Shown here: piece by piece, positions 16,270 to 26,363 of the stretch
Layout: each line of letters opens with the position of its first letter
Numbering within the stretch: the first letter of the stretch is position 1
Source of the DNA: an uncultured Ruminococcus sp.
Lineage (GTDB): Bacteria > Bacillota > Clostridia > Oscillospirales > CAG-272
Length of the DNA: 32,948 nt
Assembly: GCA_964542035.1 (NCBI GenBank)
Contig: CAZISZ010000003.1
Location: 1-32,948 of the forward strand
Direction of reading: 5' to 3'
Made by a program: the position numbers and the translations under genes
Notes under the pieces: model-generated
The model's database searches: none
Seen by the model: only the letters and a program-made list of their open reading frames with translations
What the model was told of the DNA's origin: nothing

Positions 16270-16899
16270 TTAACTCATTTTTTCACGATAGACGTCCGCA
16301 ATGGCACGCGCAGAACCGTCAATGCCCAAAAACGAGCTGTCAAGCATCATATTATAGTTATCGGGACTTCCCCACTTTCTTCCGGTGTAATAGTTATAGT
16401 AGTTTATTCTGCGCTTATCGGTACGGGAAATGAGATCTCGCGCTTCCTTTTCGGTTTTAGCCGCACCGCGCTCGATAACTCTTTGTATGCGCGCATCAAG
16501 AGGCGAGTAGATAAACACGGAAAAACGAGTTGGATTGTTGCGAAGCACATAATCCGAACATCTACCTATAACTATGCACGGTTCGGATGATGCCAAGTCG
16601 CGAATAATTTGAGATTGCGTGATAAAAAGTTTATCGTTAATGGGAACATCCGTTCCGATCGATGCGGCTCCGTAGTAAGACGAGCCGAGCGCCAAAGTGT
16701 AAAGTAAGCTGTTAGTTGCCTTTTCGTCGGCGTGATCAAGTATCTCGCTTGACATTCCGCTTTTTTGCGCTGCCATCGTTATAAGCTCACGGTCATACGC
16801 CTTGATACCGAGCAACTCAGCAAGATGAACTCCGACCTCACGCCCTCCGCTTCCGTATTGACGAGCAATGGTGATAACATAGTTGTTGTTTTCTGACAT
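16270..16899 (-). CDS. Cytidylate kinase-like family protein
   Basis: 'VITIARQYGSGG', 'VIGRCSD', 'DKRR..YY.YYTG..WG...Y...LDSS.LG'; AAGGAGG RBS before the ATG at 16899. Confidence 0.92.
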   Translation of the reverse strand: MSENNNYVITIARQYGSGGREVGVHLAELLGIKAYDRELITMAAQKSGMSSEILDHADEKATNSLLYTLALGSSYYGAASIGTDVPINDKLFITQSQIIRDLASSEPCIVIGRCSDYVLRNNPTRFSVFIYSPLDARIQRVIERGAAKTEKEARDLISRTDKRRINYYNYYTGRKWGSPDNYNMMLDSSFLGIDGSARAIADVYREKMS

Positions 16900-16966
16900 A
16901 ATTCGGTACCTCCTTGTATTTCGGCGAATGTTCAACATGCCGCCGCAAAAATATTTTTACAAATAC

Positions 16967-16995
16967 ATTATACCACACATGCTCTTTTTTTGCAA
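16967..16995 (-). promoter_or_regulatory. SigmaA promoter for the cytidylate kinase-like gene
   Basis: Minus strand TTGCAA-17 nt-TATAAT with an extended TG. Confidence 0.7.
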
Positions 16996-17038
16996 TAGCG
17001 ATATCGCATACCGAGCAAAGTTATTTTTATTATCATTC

Positions 17039-17067
17039 TTGACCGCGGCGATGTTTGGTGGTATACT
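17039..17067 (+). promoter_or_regulatory. SigmaA promoter for polA
   Basis: TTGACC-17 nt-TATACT with an extended TG. Confidence 0.7.
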
Positions 17068-17152
17068 TATATATAAGCATACCGATCATCAAACATGCAC
17101 CCGAAGCAGAAAGGACCCCTTAGCGCATTGTAAGGGGACGGGTATATTATTA

Positions 17153-19693
17153 ATGAAAAAAATTCTCGCCGTGGACGGCAACAGCATATTAAATCGCGCA
17201 TTTTACGGAATAAGACCTCTGTCAACACGCGACGGCATACCAACAAACGCGCTCTACGGAATGACAAATATGTTAATGCGACAGATATCCGACATTTCCC
17301 CCACGCACTGCGCGGTGGCTTTTGACTTGAAAGCGCCCACATTCAGGCACAAAAAATATAACGCCTATAAAGCGGGCAGGAAACCGATGCCGGAAGAGTT
17401 GGCGCGGCAATTGCCGTATGCGCATGAGCTTTGCCGTGCATTAGGTTTTACGGTAATCGAAGCGGAGGGTTATGAAGCTGACGATATTTTAGGAACGATA
17501 GCCGATAAGTGCGACAATGACGATGACCCGAACACGCGGTGTTATATATTCACAGGAGACCGTGATTCACTTCAACTGATAAGCGAAAAAACAACCGTTG
17601 TTTTAGCAACAAACAAAGAAAATATTTATTTCAACCGAGAAAGATTCAAGGCAGAGTACGGTATCGATCCGGAGGCTTTTATCGATATGAAAGCGATAAT
17701 GGGAGATACATCGGACAATATCCCCGGCATTCCCGGCATCGGAGAAAAAGGCGCGCAAAAACTAATCTCGGAGTTTGGTTCGCTTGACGGAATATATGCG
17801 GGGTATGAATCATCAAAAAGCATAAAACCGGCAATGGCGGCAAAACTTGAAGTCGGACGTGAGTCGGCATATCTTTCCCGCGAACTTGCCACGATATACC
17901 GCGCCACACCATCGGTTCCGAATATCTCCGAGTTATCGGACGGTCATCCCAATCCTACGGAAACACGAAAATTACTTACAAGACTTGAATTCGGGCGTTT
18001 ACTTGAAAAACTTGATCTCCCCCAGGAGGATACCGAAATTTCTTTATCGCCTGCGCGTGCGGAAACTCGAATCGGCGACAGATCGGATCTTTTAAAACTT
18101 CTCAAACGAACGGACGGTACAGCTATCGCGGTAGCTGTCTGCGAGGATGAGATATCCGCTTTTGATGGAAAGTTACTCGCCTCATCCGTACCGGACGATG
18201 ACTGCATAGAGGCACTTTGTTATGCGAACAATATATCCTGTTATGATTGCAAAAGCATACGCGAGCTGATACGCAAGCTCGGAGACAACAGATTTGAATT
18301 TCACACCGACAGCGAAATATACGACGTCATGCTTGCCGCATATGTTATCGACCCACAAGGGCATTTTGACTTGACCGCGCTTTGCGACAAATATCTCGGT
18401 ATATCCGGCAGCATGAGTAATGCAGAAATGGTATATCGTTTACGCGCAACGCTTGATTTAAAACTCGATAACGAAGCATCGATAAAGTTATTTAAAACAA
18501 TGGAAATGCCTCTGGCGGGCGTGTTGGCTGATATGGAGGATACCGGATTTTTGATAGATCGTTGCGGTCTTGAAGAATACGGCAATATTCTTTCCGTACG
18601 CACCGAAGAACTTGCCGCCGAAGTAATGCACGAGGCCGGAACGAATTTTAACATCAATTCCCCCAAACAGCTCGGAGAAGTGCTTTTTGAACGTTTGGAA
18701 CTTCCTCATGCAAAAAAGACCAAAAACGGATATTCCACAAATGCGGATATACTTGAAAAACTCGCACCAGATTACAAAATAGTACGCGATGTACTCGAAT
18801 ACAGAAAGCTCTCAAAGTTATACAGCACATATGTTACGGGGCTTTTAAAAGTAGCAGACGAACATGGTAGGATCCACACCTCTTTCAAGCAAACCGGCAC
18901 AGCTACAGGCAGACTCTCCTCCGCCGAACCCAACCTGCAAAATATTCCCATACGAACAGACGAAGGACGCGAGTTGAGAAAATACTTTCTCGCAGCGCCC
19001 GGGCGAGTCCTTATTGACGCAGACTACTCGCAGATAGAGTTGAGACTTTTGGCACACATTTCCGGAGACAATGCGTTGACGGAAGCATTCCGCAGCGGCG
19101 CGGATATCCACACGTCCACTGCCGCGGCTGTCTTTGGCACACCGCCAGAGGATGTAACACAAGAACAACGCAAACGCGCCAAAGCCGTAAACTTCGGCAT
19201 TATATACGGCATCGGCGATTTTTCACTTGCCGGAGATTTAGGCATTCCGGTAAAGCAAGCCCGCGAATATATTGCGAGCTATCTTGCGTCATATCCGGAG
19301 GTAGATGCCTATCTCAAAGACATTGTCGCAGAGGCGCGTCAAAACGGCTATGTATGCACTCTTTTCGGCAGGCGCAGGTACATCCCGGAACTCGGCGGGC
19401 ATAACGCCGTTGCGCGTAAATTCGGTGAGCGCGTGGCAATGAACAGCCCTATTCAAGGCAGTGCCGCCGATATCGTTAAGCTTGCAATGCTGAATGTCAG
19501 CAGACGAATAAAGGAAGAGAGTCTTGATGCAAAACTGATTCTCCAGGTGCATGATGAACTGATAGTTGAGGCAGCTGATCATGACGCGGAGCGCGCAGCC
19601 GTGATACTGCGCGAAGAAATGGAAGGAGCCGTTTCGCTTTCGGTACCACTGACGGTTGACCTCAGTATCGGTCGCCGTTGGTTTGAAATGTAA
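17153..19693 (+). CDS. polA: DNA polymerase I
   Basis: 5'-3' exonuclease motifs VDGNS, EADD, GDRD and GDTSDNIPG. Polymerase motifs DADYSQIELR, KAVNFGIIYG and QVHDE. The start is set at MKKILAVDG (17153). Confidence 0.98.
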   Translation: MKKILAVDGNSILNRAFYGIRPLSTRDGIPTNALYGMTNMLMRQISDISPTHCAVAFDLKAPTFRHKKYNAYKAGRKPMPEELARQLPYAHELCRALGFTVIEAEGYEADDILGTIADKCDNDDDPNTRCYIFTGDRDSLQLISEKTTVVLATNKENIYFNRERFKAEYGIDPEAFIDMKAIMGDTSDNIPGIPGIGEKGAQKLISEFGSLDGIYAGYESSKSIKPAMAAKLEVGRESAYLSRELATIYRATPSVPNISELSDGHPNPTETRKLLTRLEFGRLLEKLDLPQEDTEISLSPARAETRIGDRSDLLKLLKRTDGTAIAVAVCEDEISAFDGKLLASSVPDDDCIEALCYANNISCYDCKSIRELIRKLGDNRFEFHTDSEIYDVMLAAYVIDPQGHFDLTALCDKYLGISGSMSNAEMVYRLRATLDLKLDNEASIKLFKTMEMPLAGVLADMEDTGFLIDRCGLEEYGNILSVRTEELAAEVMHEAGTNFNINSPKQLGEVLFERLELPHAKKTKNGYSTNADILEKLAPDYKIVRDVLEYRKLSKLYSTYVTGLLKVADEHGRIHTSFKQTGTATGRLSSAEPNLQNIPIRTDEGRELRKYFLAAPGRVLIDADYSQIELRLLAHISGDNALTEAFRSGADIHTSTAAAVFGTPPEDVTQEQRKRAKAVNFGIIYGIGDFSLAGDLGIPVKQAREYIASYLASYPEVDAYLKDIVAEARQNGYVCTLFGRRRYIPELGGHNAVARKFGERVAMNSPIQGSAADIVKLAMLNVSRRIKEESLDAKLILQVHDELIVEAADHDAERAAVILREEMEGAVSLSVPLTVDLSIGRRWFEM

Positions 19694-19707
19694 TATCCGC
19701 AAATATG

Positions 19708-19751
19708 AACGGGCTGTCCCGCGATACCTGTATATCGCGGGACAGCCCGTT
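19708..19751. terminator. Bidirectional terminator-like hairpin with a 19-bp perfect stem
   Basis: aacgggctgtcccgcgata, a 6-nt loop, then tatcgcgggacagcccgtt, between convergent polA and the aminopeptidase. Confidence 0.75.
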
Positions 19752-19784
19752 GGGTTTGTGACAATTATGTGCAGAGCGTACCGG

Positions 19785-21011
19785 TCAAAATGCCCAGTTA
19801 CCGTTTTCAAATACTTTTATACTGCGACCGTCGTGCGTGTGGGCGATTATTTCAAGATCAGAAGAACCTATCATAAAATCAACATGGATCATCGAGTCGT
19901 TAATCCCCATCTCATGACACTCTTCAATACTGTAATCGGCGTAATTATTTACGCATTCGGGAAAACCGCGACCGAGCGCCAGATGACAGCAAGCATTTTC
20001 ATCGAAAAGCGTATTATAGAATATAAGACCGGAATTTTGTATAGGCGAATTGTAAGGAACCAAAGCGCACTCGCCAAGATATGCCGCACCGTCATCCATG
20101 GATATCATTTGGCGCAAAAGTTCTTCGTTCTTTTCGGCATGCACCTCAACGGCGCGACCTCCCTCAAATCTCACCGAAAAGTTTTCAATAAGCTGTCCCT
20201 GGTAGGAAAGAGGACGAGTGGCAACTACCACTCCTTCCGCACAGCCGCGGCAGGGAGACGTAAAAACCTCCTCCGTTGGCATATTTGGATTATAACGAAC
20301 ACCGCCGAGAGTATTTTCGGCACCGCCGAGGAAGTTTACATTTTTGATCAGCCCAACCTTGAAATTTGTGCCGTTTTGAGAGTGATATTCAAGCTCTGCT
20401 ACGTCCAGCTCATTAAGATAACGACTTCTTGCTGCCATATCGTCATTGTGCGCCTGCCAATCCGCAACGGGATCCTCGCCGTCCGCACGAGCCGCACTGA
20501 GTATCGCCTCCCAAAGCTTCTCTACGGCGCGATTGCGTGTAAGATCGGGGAACATCTTTTTTGCCCAACGTTCGCCCGGTACAGCCGCAATGACCCACTG
20601 GTACTTATTATCCATCTTATCGCGGTACGGTTTTATAATTGGATAGGTCGCCTGGCTCGTCTTTGCCATTTTTTGACGATTGATGCCGGCAAGCCCGTCC
20701 GGATCGTCTGATTCGAGATATATCATTGCCGGCAAAGCCTCAACACGGTGCTCCCAACGTTCAATCTCCCATTTTTCTATGGTTGTAAGGTTTTTGAGCG
20801 TGCGGTATCGATAATTGGTTTTAACAAGCGGTTGATAGCTCCACTCAACCATGACTTTTTTTGCGCCGCATTTGTAGCATTCTTCAACCACCATATGGGC
20901 GAATTCCGCAGTCTCAACAGAAGAATAAACCATTACCTCCTGTCCTTTTTGCACATTTGCACCTGTCTTTGCAATGAGTTGTGCGTACTTTTTCATTACT
21001 GTCTTTTTCAT
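19785..21011 (-). CDS. M29 family aminopeptidase (AmpS/AmpT/PepS-like)
   Basis: 'PNMPTEEVFTSP', 'LGECALV', 'YNTLFDENACCHLALG' and 'NDSMIHVDFMIG'. Confidence 0.96.
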   Translation of the reverse strand: MKKTVMKKYAQLIAKTGANVQKGQEVMVYSSVETAEFAHMVVEECYKCGAKKVMVEWSYQPLVKTNYRYRTLKNLTTIEKWEIERWEHRVEALPAMIYLESDDPDGLAGINRQKMAKTSQATYPIIKPYRDKMDNKYQWVIAAVPGERWAKKMFPDLTRNRAVEKLWEAILSAARADGEDPVADWQAHNDDMAARSRYLNELDVAELEYHSQNGTNFKVGLIKNVNFLGGAENTLGGVRYNPNMPTEEVFTSPCRGCAEGVVVATRPLSYQGQLIENFSVRFEGGRAVEVHAEKNEELLRQMISMDDGAAYLGECALVPYNSPIQNSGLIFYNTLFDENACCHLALGRGFPECVNNYADYSIEECHEMGINDSMIHVDFMIGSSDLEIIAHTHDGRSIKVFENGNWAF

Positions 21012-21088
21012 TTATTCAGCCTTTCCGAAATTCGATATGTTAAGATCTGTTTTTGCTTTATGATGTTACGATAGCCTTTTTTAATCTA

Positions 21089-22447
21089 TCAGTTTTTAAG
21101 GCTGTGAATAGGCGCCGGAATCCTTCCTCCGCGAGCGATAAAACGCGCGGGAGACCGCCGATTTATAGGCATAACCGGGGCAGTACCGAGAAGTCCGCCG
21201 AACGAAACCTCCTCGCCGACCGTTTTACCTATAGCCGGGATAACGCGCACAGCGGTGGTCTTGGTATTGGCAACACCTATTGATATCTCATCGGCAATAA
21301 GTCCGCAGATAACGTCTGCCTCTGTGTCTCCGGGTATAGCTATCATATCAAGACCTACCGAACAAACAGCCGTCATTGCTTCAAGTTTTTCAAGCGTCAG
21401 GGCACCGGATCTTGCCGCGGCTATCATGCCGGCGTCCTCGGATACGGGGATAAACGCACCGGAAAGTCCGCCTACATGAGAGGACGCCATAACACCGCCT
21501 TTTTTTACGGCATCGTTAAGAAGCGCAAGTGCCGCGGTTGTACCGGGACCGCCGCACTGCTCAAGCCCCATTTCCTCAAGTATATACGCAACCGAATCAC
21601 CGACTGCGGGGGTTGGCGCGAGAGAAAGATCAACGATACCGAAAGGCACATCAAGCCTGCGAGATGCCTCGGCGGCGACCAGTTGACCCACACGCGTTAT
21701 CTTGAAGGCTGTGCGCTTAACGGTTTCCGCAAGTTCGGAAAGATCGCAATCTCCCGCCCTCGCTATTGCGGATGCAACAGTACCGGGACCGGAAACACCG
21801 ACATTTATGACGCATTCCGGCTCACTGACGCCGTGGAATGCACCTGCCATAAACGGGTTATCTTCCGGCACATTTGCAAATACAACAAGCTTCGCACATC
21901 CGATTGAATCGCGATCGGCAGTAAGTTCGGCAGTCTTTTTTATTATACCGCCCATGGCTTTTATCGCCTCCATATTGATGCCCGCTTTGGTCGAGGCAAC
22001 GTTTACGGAGGAGCACACCTTTTGTGTCTCGCAGAGCGCATAAGGTATAGATTCGATCATCCTGCGCTCACCCGGTGTACTTCCCTTTTGCACCAACGCG
22101 CTGTAACCGCCGATAAAGTTAATGCCGAGTGCATCCGCGGCGCGATCAAGTGTTTGGGCGATCTTTACATAATCTTCGGAGGAAAAGTTGCCGCCTACAA
22201 GCGATATAGGAGTCACCGACACACGGCGATTAACGATCGGAATCCCGTATTCCTTTTCTATATCGTCGGCAACAGAGCAAAGTCTGCCCGCGCGCGTGGT
22301 GATCTTGTCGTATATCCTGTCACACACGAGGGATACGTCCTCCCCCGCGCAATCGATAAGCGATATACCCATGGTTACTGTTCTGATATCGAGATTTTCC
22401 TCGTGTATCATATTTATAGTTTCGATAATATCGGTTACATTAAGCAT
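21089..22447 (-). CDS. DUF711 / UPF0210 (PFL-fold) protein
   Basis: '[12 protein letters not shown]', '[10 protein letters not shown]', 'GVSGPG', 'DLSLAPTP', '[13 protein letters not shown]' and 'CSVGLDM'; paired with the upstream ACT gene. Confidence 0.95.
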   Translation of the reverse strand: MLNVTDIIETINMIHEENLDIRTVTMGISLIDCAGEDVSLVCDRIYDKITTRAGRLCSVADDIEKEYGIPIVNRRVSVTPISLVGGNFSSEDYVKIAQTLDRAADALGINFIGGYSALVQKGSTPGERRMIESIPYALCETQKVCSSVNVASTKAGINMEAIKAMGGIIKKTAELTADRDSIGCAKLVVFANVPEDNPFMAGAFHGVSEPECVINVGVSGPGTVASAIARAGDCDLSELAETVKRTAFKITRVGQLVAAEASRRLDVPFGIVDLSLAPTPAVGDSVAYILEEMGLEQCGGPGTTAALALLNDAVKKGGVMASSHVGGLSGAFIPVSEDAGMIAAARSGALTLEKLEAMTAVCSVGLDMIAIPGDTEADVICGLIADEISIGVANTKTTAVRVIPAIGKTVGEEVSFGGLLGTAPVMPINRRSPARFIARGGRIPAPIHSLKN

Positions 22448-22507
22448 TTTCGGATATTCGTTGCTCCTTTTGGCATTGCTTTTATTTTGCAGCGATTTTG
22501 GTTTTTA

Positions 22508-22777
22508 TCATATATGATGCATGGTATTGAAAATATCCTCGTGCATTGTGGAAACATCCAACCCCACATCATTGCCGAGCTTTTTCATTTTATCCACAAA
22601 CTCACCGAACGGCAACGTAATGCCGTCGATATCCACAAGCATGATCATGGCAAAATATTCGCGAAGAACACTTTGAGATATATCTACGATATTTACGCCG
22701 TTTGCGGCGCATTCCTGCGCAACACGTGCTATTATGCCAACACTGTCTCGACCCGTTACTGTTATAACTGCTTTCAT
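22508..22777 (-). CDS. ACT domain protein (UPF0237)
   Basis: 'MKAVITVTGRD.VGIIA.V...NIVDISQ...HEDIFNTMHHI'. Confidence 0.95.
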   Translation of the reverse strand: MKAVITVTGRDSVGIIARVAQECAANGVNIVDISQSVLREYFAMIMLVDIDGITLPFGEFVDKMKKLGNDVGLDVSTMHEDIFNTMHHI

Positions 22778-22812
22778 TTATAGATATCCTTTTTTCGAAT
22801 TTAATACATATA

Positions 22813-22841
22813 ATTATATAATCAATTGCACCGGTTGTCAA
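22813..22841 (-). promoter_or_regulatory. Consensus sigmaA promoter for the ACT-DUF711 operon
   Basis: Minus strand perfect TTGACA-17 nt-TATAAT. Confidence 0.85.
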
Positions 22842-22966
22842 GTGATTTCAGCGTTTCGGTTTAAAATCGCACCCAAGTTCCGAACCAAACCGCAATACGA
22901 GAATATTTTTTTTACGATACAAGCCGGCAATGCGACGAAATATTTATTTTTTTATTTATAAAAATA

Positions 22967-22995
22967 TTGAAAACGAAAGCGACATGTGATATAAT
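22967..22995 (+). promoter_or_regulatory. SigmaA promoter for the tandem-ACT gene
   Basis: TTGAAA-17 nt-TATAAT with an extended TG and an AT-rich upstream tract. Confidence 0.8.
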
Positions 22996-23078
22996 AGAAT
23001 GTAACTTATATGTCAATGTAAAACGTCCGCGCCGCATGTTCGGCACAAGGATACGGGCGTTATCGGAAAGGTCACAAA

Positions 23079-23501
23079 ATGTCGGTACAACAACTATCCG
23101 TATTTATTGAAAATCGCCGCGGCACTCTTTTGGAGATTACAGAAGTACTCGCCGCCGCCAAAATAGACATTCGCGCACTCTCTCTCACAGAGACGGAAGA
23201 ATACGGTATACTTCGCCTTATAGTAAGCGACACCGAAAATGCTTACAATGCAATACGAGGCGCCGGAAAAACCGCATCGATCAACGATGTTCTCTGCATT
23301 GAGATTCCCGACGATCCAGGCGGACTTATGACGGCACTGTGCGTACTTAATAACAACGATATAGATGTTGAATATATGTATACATTTGTCGGATGCGGTG
23401 CAGATCCGCGAGCAAATGTTGCCATTCGCGTTGCCGACAACGCGTTGGGTGCGCGCCTGCTTTCCGAAGCAGGATATACGTTGATATCGGATATACTCTG
23501 A
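23079..23501 (+). CDS. Tandem ACT-domain amino acid-binding protein
   Basis: 'QLSVFIEN..G.L..IT..L....IDIRALS..ET.EYGILRLIV' and 'D.PGGL...L......IDVEYMY.F'. Confidence 0.92.
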   Translation: MSVQQLSVFIENRRGTLLEITEVLAAAKIDIRALSLTETEEYGILRLIVSDTENAYNAIRGAGKTASINDVLCIEIPDDPGGLMTALCVLNNNDIDVEYMYTFVGCGADPRANVAIRVADNALGARLLSEAGYTLISDIL

Positions 23502-23541
23502 TATAATTGCCGAAACACATAACACCATAAAACCAAGATAC

Positions 23542-23575
23542 ACCGCGAGGCTGTCGTATACGACAGCCTCGCGGT
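23542..23575. terminator. 34-bp perfect palindrome, probable bidirectional terminator
   Basis: accgcgaggctgtcgta|tacgacagcctcgcggt between convergent genes. Confidence 0.7.
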
Positions 23576-23592
23576 ATTGGATTTATGCGAAA

Positions 23593-24876
23593 TCAAAGGT
23601 TAAACGCAATCTCTATTTCACGTATCTCATCGTCGCCGATAGGTACTATCTTACCTCCCATAGAAGCTATATCGCAAAGCGATTCGGCACCGAATTCCAG
23701 CACCTCCATACGATCATAGGCGTTAAGCGGAGAGGTACCCGCAACTATGACCATATCACTGTCGATTATTGCAATAGGCGTGTGCATGGATATTTCATCG
23801 ACAATCTTTGAGGAGGCATCCTCGAATGTTCCGTACGGATAACGCAGCGTGTTGCGCAGACAAATATATCCCTCGGGTATCATGTGTGAATTAAACTCAC
23901 TCCCCGTTACGGCAAAACCCATTGTGTACGGAGGGCGTGCAATGCATATGCTTTCAATATCAGAGTGTGCATCAAAAATACGCCTTACCATCCCTGCAAA
24001 ACGAGAAGGTTTTTTGTTTTTTTCGCATCTTGCATCCTCAACATAAACAAGATCATGCGGTTCGATGACACCAACATCCTCCCCTTCCGGAGTTATCAAA
24101 AAACCTCGTCCGGCACGTGAAGCAAAAGTTCCGTTTGCGGCGGTAAAAAGTTTATTTTTATATGAACGGCGGCATTTATCCGTAATATCATTACGCACGG
24201 ACAAAAAATCCGCCGCAACTATCGAATCGCTAAAAGCAAGTTCTCGCAAGGGGGATGATTTTTTTGAAACTTCCCAAGGAGTCAGCTCATGTCCGCGCTT
24301 GCCGAGCATTGAAGCAGCCACTCCGGTTCGAGCGGTAAAATCCAAAGCCTCAAACATCATATACGCGCGTTCGAGGCTATCTGCTCCGAGCACAACGCCG
24401 TGATTTTCAAGTAAAACGGTATCGCTCCCATTGGCAAACTCCGCTGATATATATCCACCCAGCTTTTCGCTGCCCGGCAGGGCGTATTTGGCTATGGCGA
24501 CTTTGCCGCACAGTTTCGAAACTTCCGGTATGAGATTTATTGGCGGCAATTGACGTTCCAGACTGTATGCCACAAGCGCGGCGGGATGAGCATGAAGCAC
24601 TGCGTGCAAATCAGGTCTTGAACGCAGTACCGCCAGATGAAACGGATACTCGGTTGACGGTTTGTGCTTTCCGTGCACCTCACCATCCGGCGTTACCCAC
24701 ATAATATCCTCCGGCGTCAAGTGCGCTTTATCGACACCGGAGGGCGATATCCACAACGTACCGTCATCATCCATTATCGAAAGATTGCCGCCGGATGTTG
24801 TGGTAAGTTTGTTATCATACAGTCGTGTCATATAAAAAGCTATTTTTTCCGCCGGTGACATGTTGAGTTTTTTCAT
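23593..24876 (-). CDS. Class II aldolase/adducin family protein with two tandem domains
   Basis: N-domain 'TTTSGGNLS', 'PSTE.PFH', 'LHAHP' and 'LENHG'. The second homologous domain has lost its His ligands. GGAG RBS before the ATG at 24876. Confidence 0.92.
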   Translation of the reverse strand: MKKLNMSPAEKIAFYMTRLYDNKLTTTSGGNLSIMDDDGTLWISPSGVDKAHLTPEDIMWVTPDGEVHGKHKPSTEYPFHLAVLRSRPDLHAVLHAHPAALVAYSLERQLPPINLIPEVSKLCGKVAIAKYALPGSEKLGGYISAEFANGSDTVLLENHGVVLGADSLERAYMMFEALDFTARTGVAASMLGKRGHELTPWEVSKKSSPLRELAFSDSIVAADFLSVRNDITDKCRRSYKNKLFTAANGTFASRAGRGFLITPEGEDVGVIEPHDLVYVEDARCEKNKKPSRFAGMVRRIFDAHSDIESICIARPPYTMGFAVTGSEFNSHMIPEGYICLRNTLRYPYGTFEDASSKIVDEISMHTPIAIIDSDMVIVAGTSPLNAYDRMEVLEFGAESLCDIASMGGKIVPIGDDEIREIEIAFNL

Positions 24877-25015
24877 TTTTACAGCTCCCATCAATATTAT
24901 CGCCGACTTTTCACTTCAAAGTCAAAAACGCTTCGTTTGCAAATTATATATAATTCGTGCGCACAAATCAACGGCACCCGAAAACATTACGTTTCAGCGA
25001 TAACTGTCAGAAAAT

Positions 25016-25044
25016 ATTATATCCTCAAACACGCCCGGAGTCAA
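25016..25044 (-). promoter_or_regulatory. SigmaA promoter for the aldolase gene
   Basis: Minus strand TTGACT-17 nt-TATAAT. Confidence 0.7.
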
Positions 25045-25084
25045 TAGTTTTATTTAAATTTGATCAATAACGCACAATTACGCC

Positions 25085-26104
25085 TCATTGCGCAGCAAAA
25101 GAGGCATAGCGATCATCAAGCGTATCGATGATCGCACGAACTGATGCTGCCGATCGACGCAATTTTTCCGTTTCTTCACCATCGAGCGGTATTTCAAGTA
25201 TTTTTTCGATACCCCTACGACCTATTATGCATGGCAATCCTATGCAAACATCGCCGATTCCGTAATGTCCTCGAGCCAATGTCGATACCGGCAAAATGGT
25301 ATGCTCGTTACGCACTATTGCCACGGCTATGCGACGCACCGCCTCCGCTATTGCATAATATGTTGCCCCCTTGGCGCTGATGATCCTGTACGCGGCATCC
25401 CTTACATCCATAAACAATTCCGAGAATCTCTGCGGGTCGCAACCGTACGAGCATTCACTGCAAAAGCGTGAGAGATCAACGCCCGAAACATTCGCACTGC
25501 TGAATACCGCCACCTCACTGTCGCCGTGCTCGCCTATTATAAAAGTATGCACATTACGACTGTCAACCCCCAAACGCTCGCCGACCAGTTGCTTTAGACG
25601 TGCCGTATCAAGTACCGTTCCGGATCCTATAACACGTCCTGCGGGAAGCCCGGACCTTACAAGCGTAAGATAGGTCAGGATATCCACGGGATTCGATACC
25701 ACCAAAATTATACCGCGAGGATTTATTGCTGATATACTGTCCACGATATCGGCGAATATCACCTCGTTTTTGTGGATAAGATCTATCCTGCTTTCTCCAT
25801 CACGTTGCGGAGCTCCGGCGGTAATTATTATCAGCGCCGCGTCGGCAATATCGGCATAGTCACCGCTATATATCGACATAGGTGAATGAAAAGGTAAACC
25901 GTGCGCTATATCCTCCGCTTCGCCGCATGCCTTGCATTTATTTATATCTATCATAACAAGCTCGCTGAACAGTTCGCTTTGCATGAGTGTATAGGAAATG
26001 GTGGCTCCCACATTTCCGCATCCTATAACGGCGCATTTACGCACATCGGCGCTATTTTCATTCATATTTTCGGCCTTGTTTTTTTCATTTGCAGTTCCGC
26101 TCAT
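25085..26104 (-). CDS. ldh: L-lactate dehydrogenase
   Basis: IGCGNVG, TAGAPQRDGESRIDL (Gln specificity residue of LDH), SNPVD, SGTVLDTAR, GEHGDS and KGATYY. The start is 26104 or 26065. Confidence 0.93.
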   Translation of the reverse strand: MSGTANEKNKAENMNENSADVRKCAVIGCGNVGATISYTLMQSELFSELVMIDINKCKACGEAEDIAHGLPFHSPMSIYSGDYADIADAALIIITAGAPQRDGESRIDLIHKNEVIFADIVDSISAINPRGIILVVSNPVDILTYLTLVRSGLPAGRVIGSGTVLDTARLKQLVGERLGVDSRNVHTFIIGEHGDSEVAVFSSANVSGVDLSRFCSECSYGCDPQRFSELFMDVRDAAYRIISAKGATYYAIAEAVRRIAVAIVRNEHTILPVSTLARGHYGIGDVCIGLPCIIGRRGIEKILEIPLDGEETEKLRRSAASVRAIIDTLDDRYASFAAQ

Positions 26105-26133
26105 TTTCGTCTCACTTTCCCCACAGATCATCG

Positions 26134-26184
26134 GTCAATAATATATGCGGTCGGCATAATCTGCCGACCGCATATATTATTGAC
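26134..26184. repeat. 23-bp perfect inverted repeat upstream of ldh
   Basis: gtcaataatatatgcggtcggca, a 5-nt loop, then tgccgaccgcatatattattgac. Confidence 0.9.
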
Positions 26185-26363
26185 AGTTTTGAAGATTTTC
26201 ATTCCGAGTCATTTTTAAATCGTCTTATCGGAGAGTTAAAACGCTTTGAAGCATTTTTTAGATACACATCTTGCTCGTATCAGATTACAAATTATATCGA
26301 CAACACGATATTTTGCGGTTTGCAATACCGCGGTGAAGCGCACCGGTACCGAAAATCGAAATA

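Noticed and set aside
16883-17152. 90-aa N-terminal extension of PolA in the ORF track
   Set aside because: It overlaps the divergent gene and both promoters; homology starts at MKKILAVDG (17153).
19656-20711. 351-aa plus-strand ORF
   Set aside because: It is an antisense shadow of the M29 aminopeptidase and runs through a terminator hairpin.
26187-26204. Rex-like box upstream of ldh (TTTTGAA-gatt-TTCATTC)
   Set aside because: It has too many mismatches to TTGTGAA-N4-TTCACAA in an AT-rich region.
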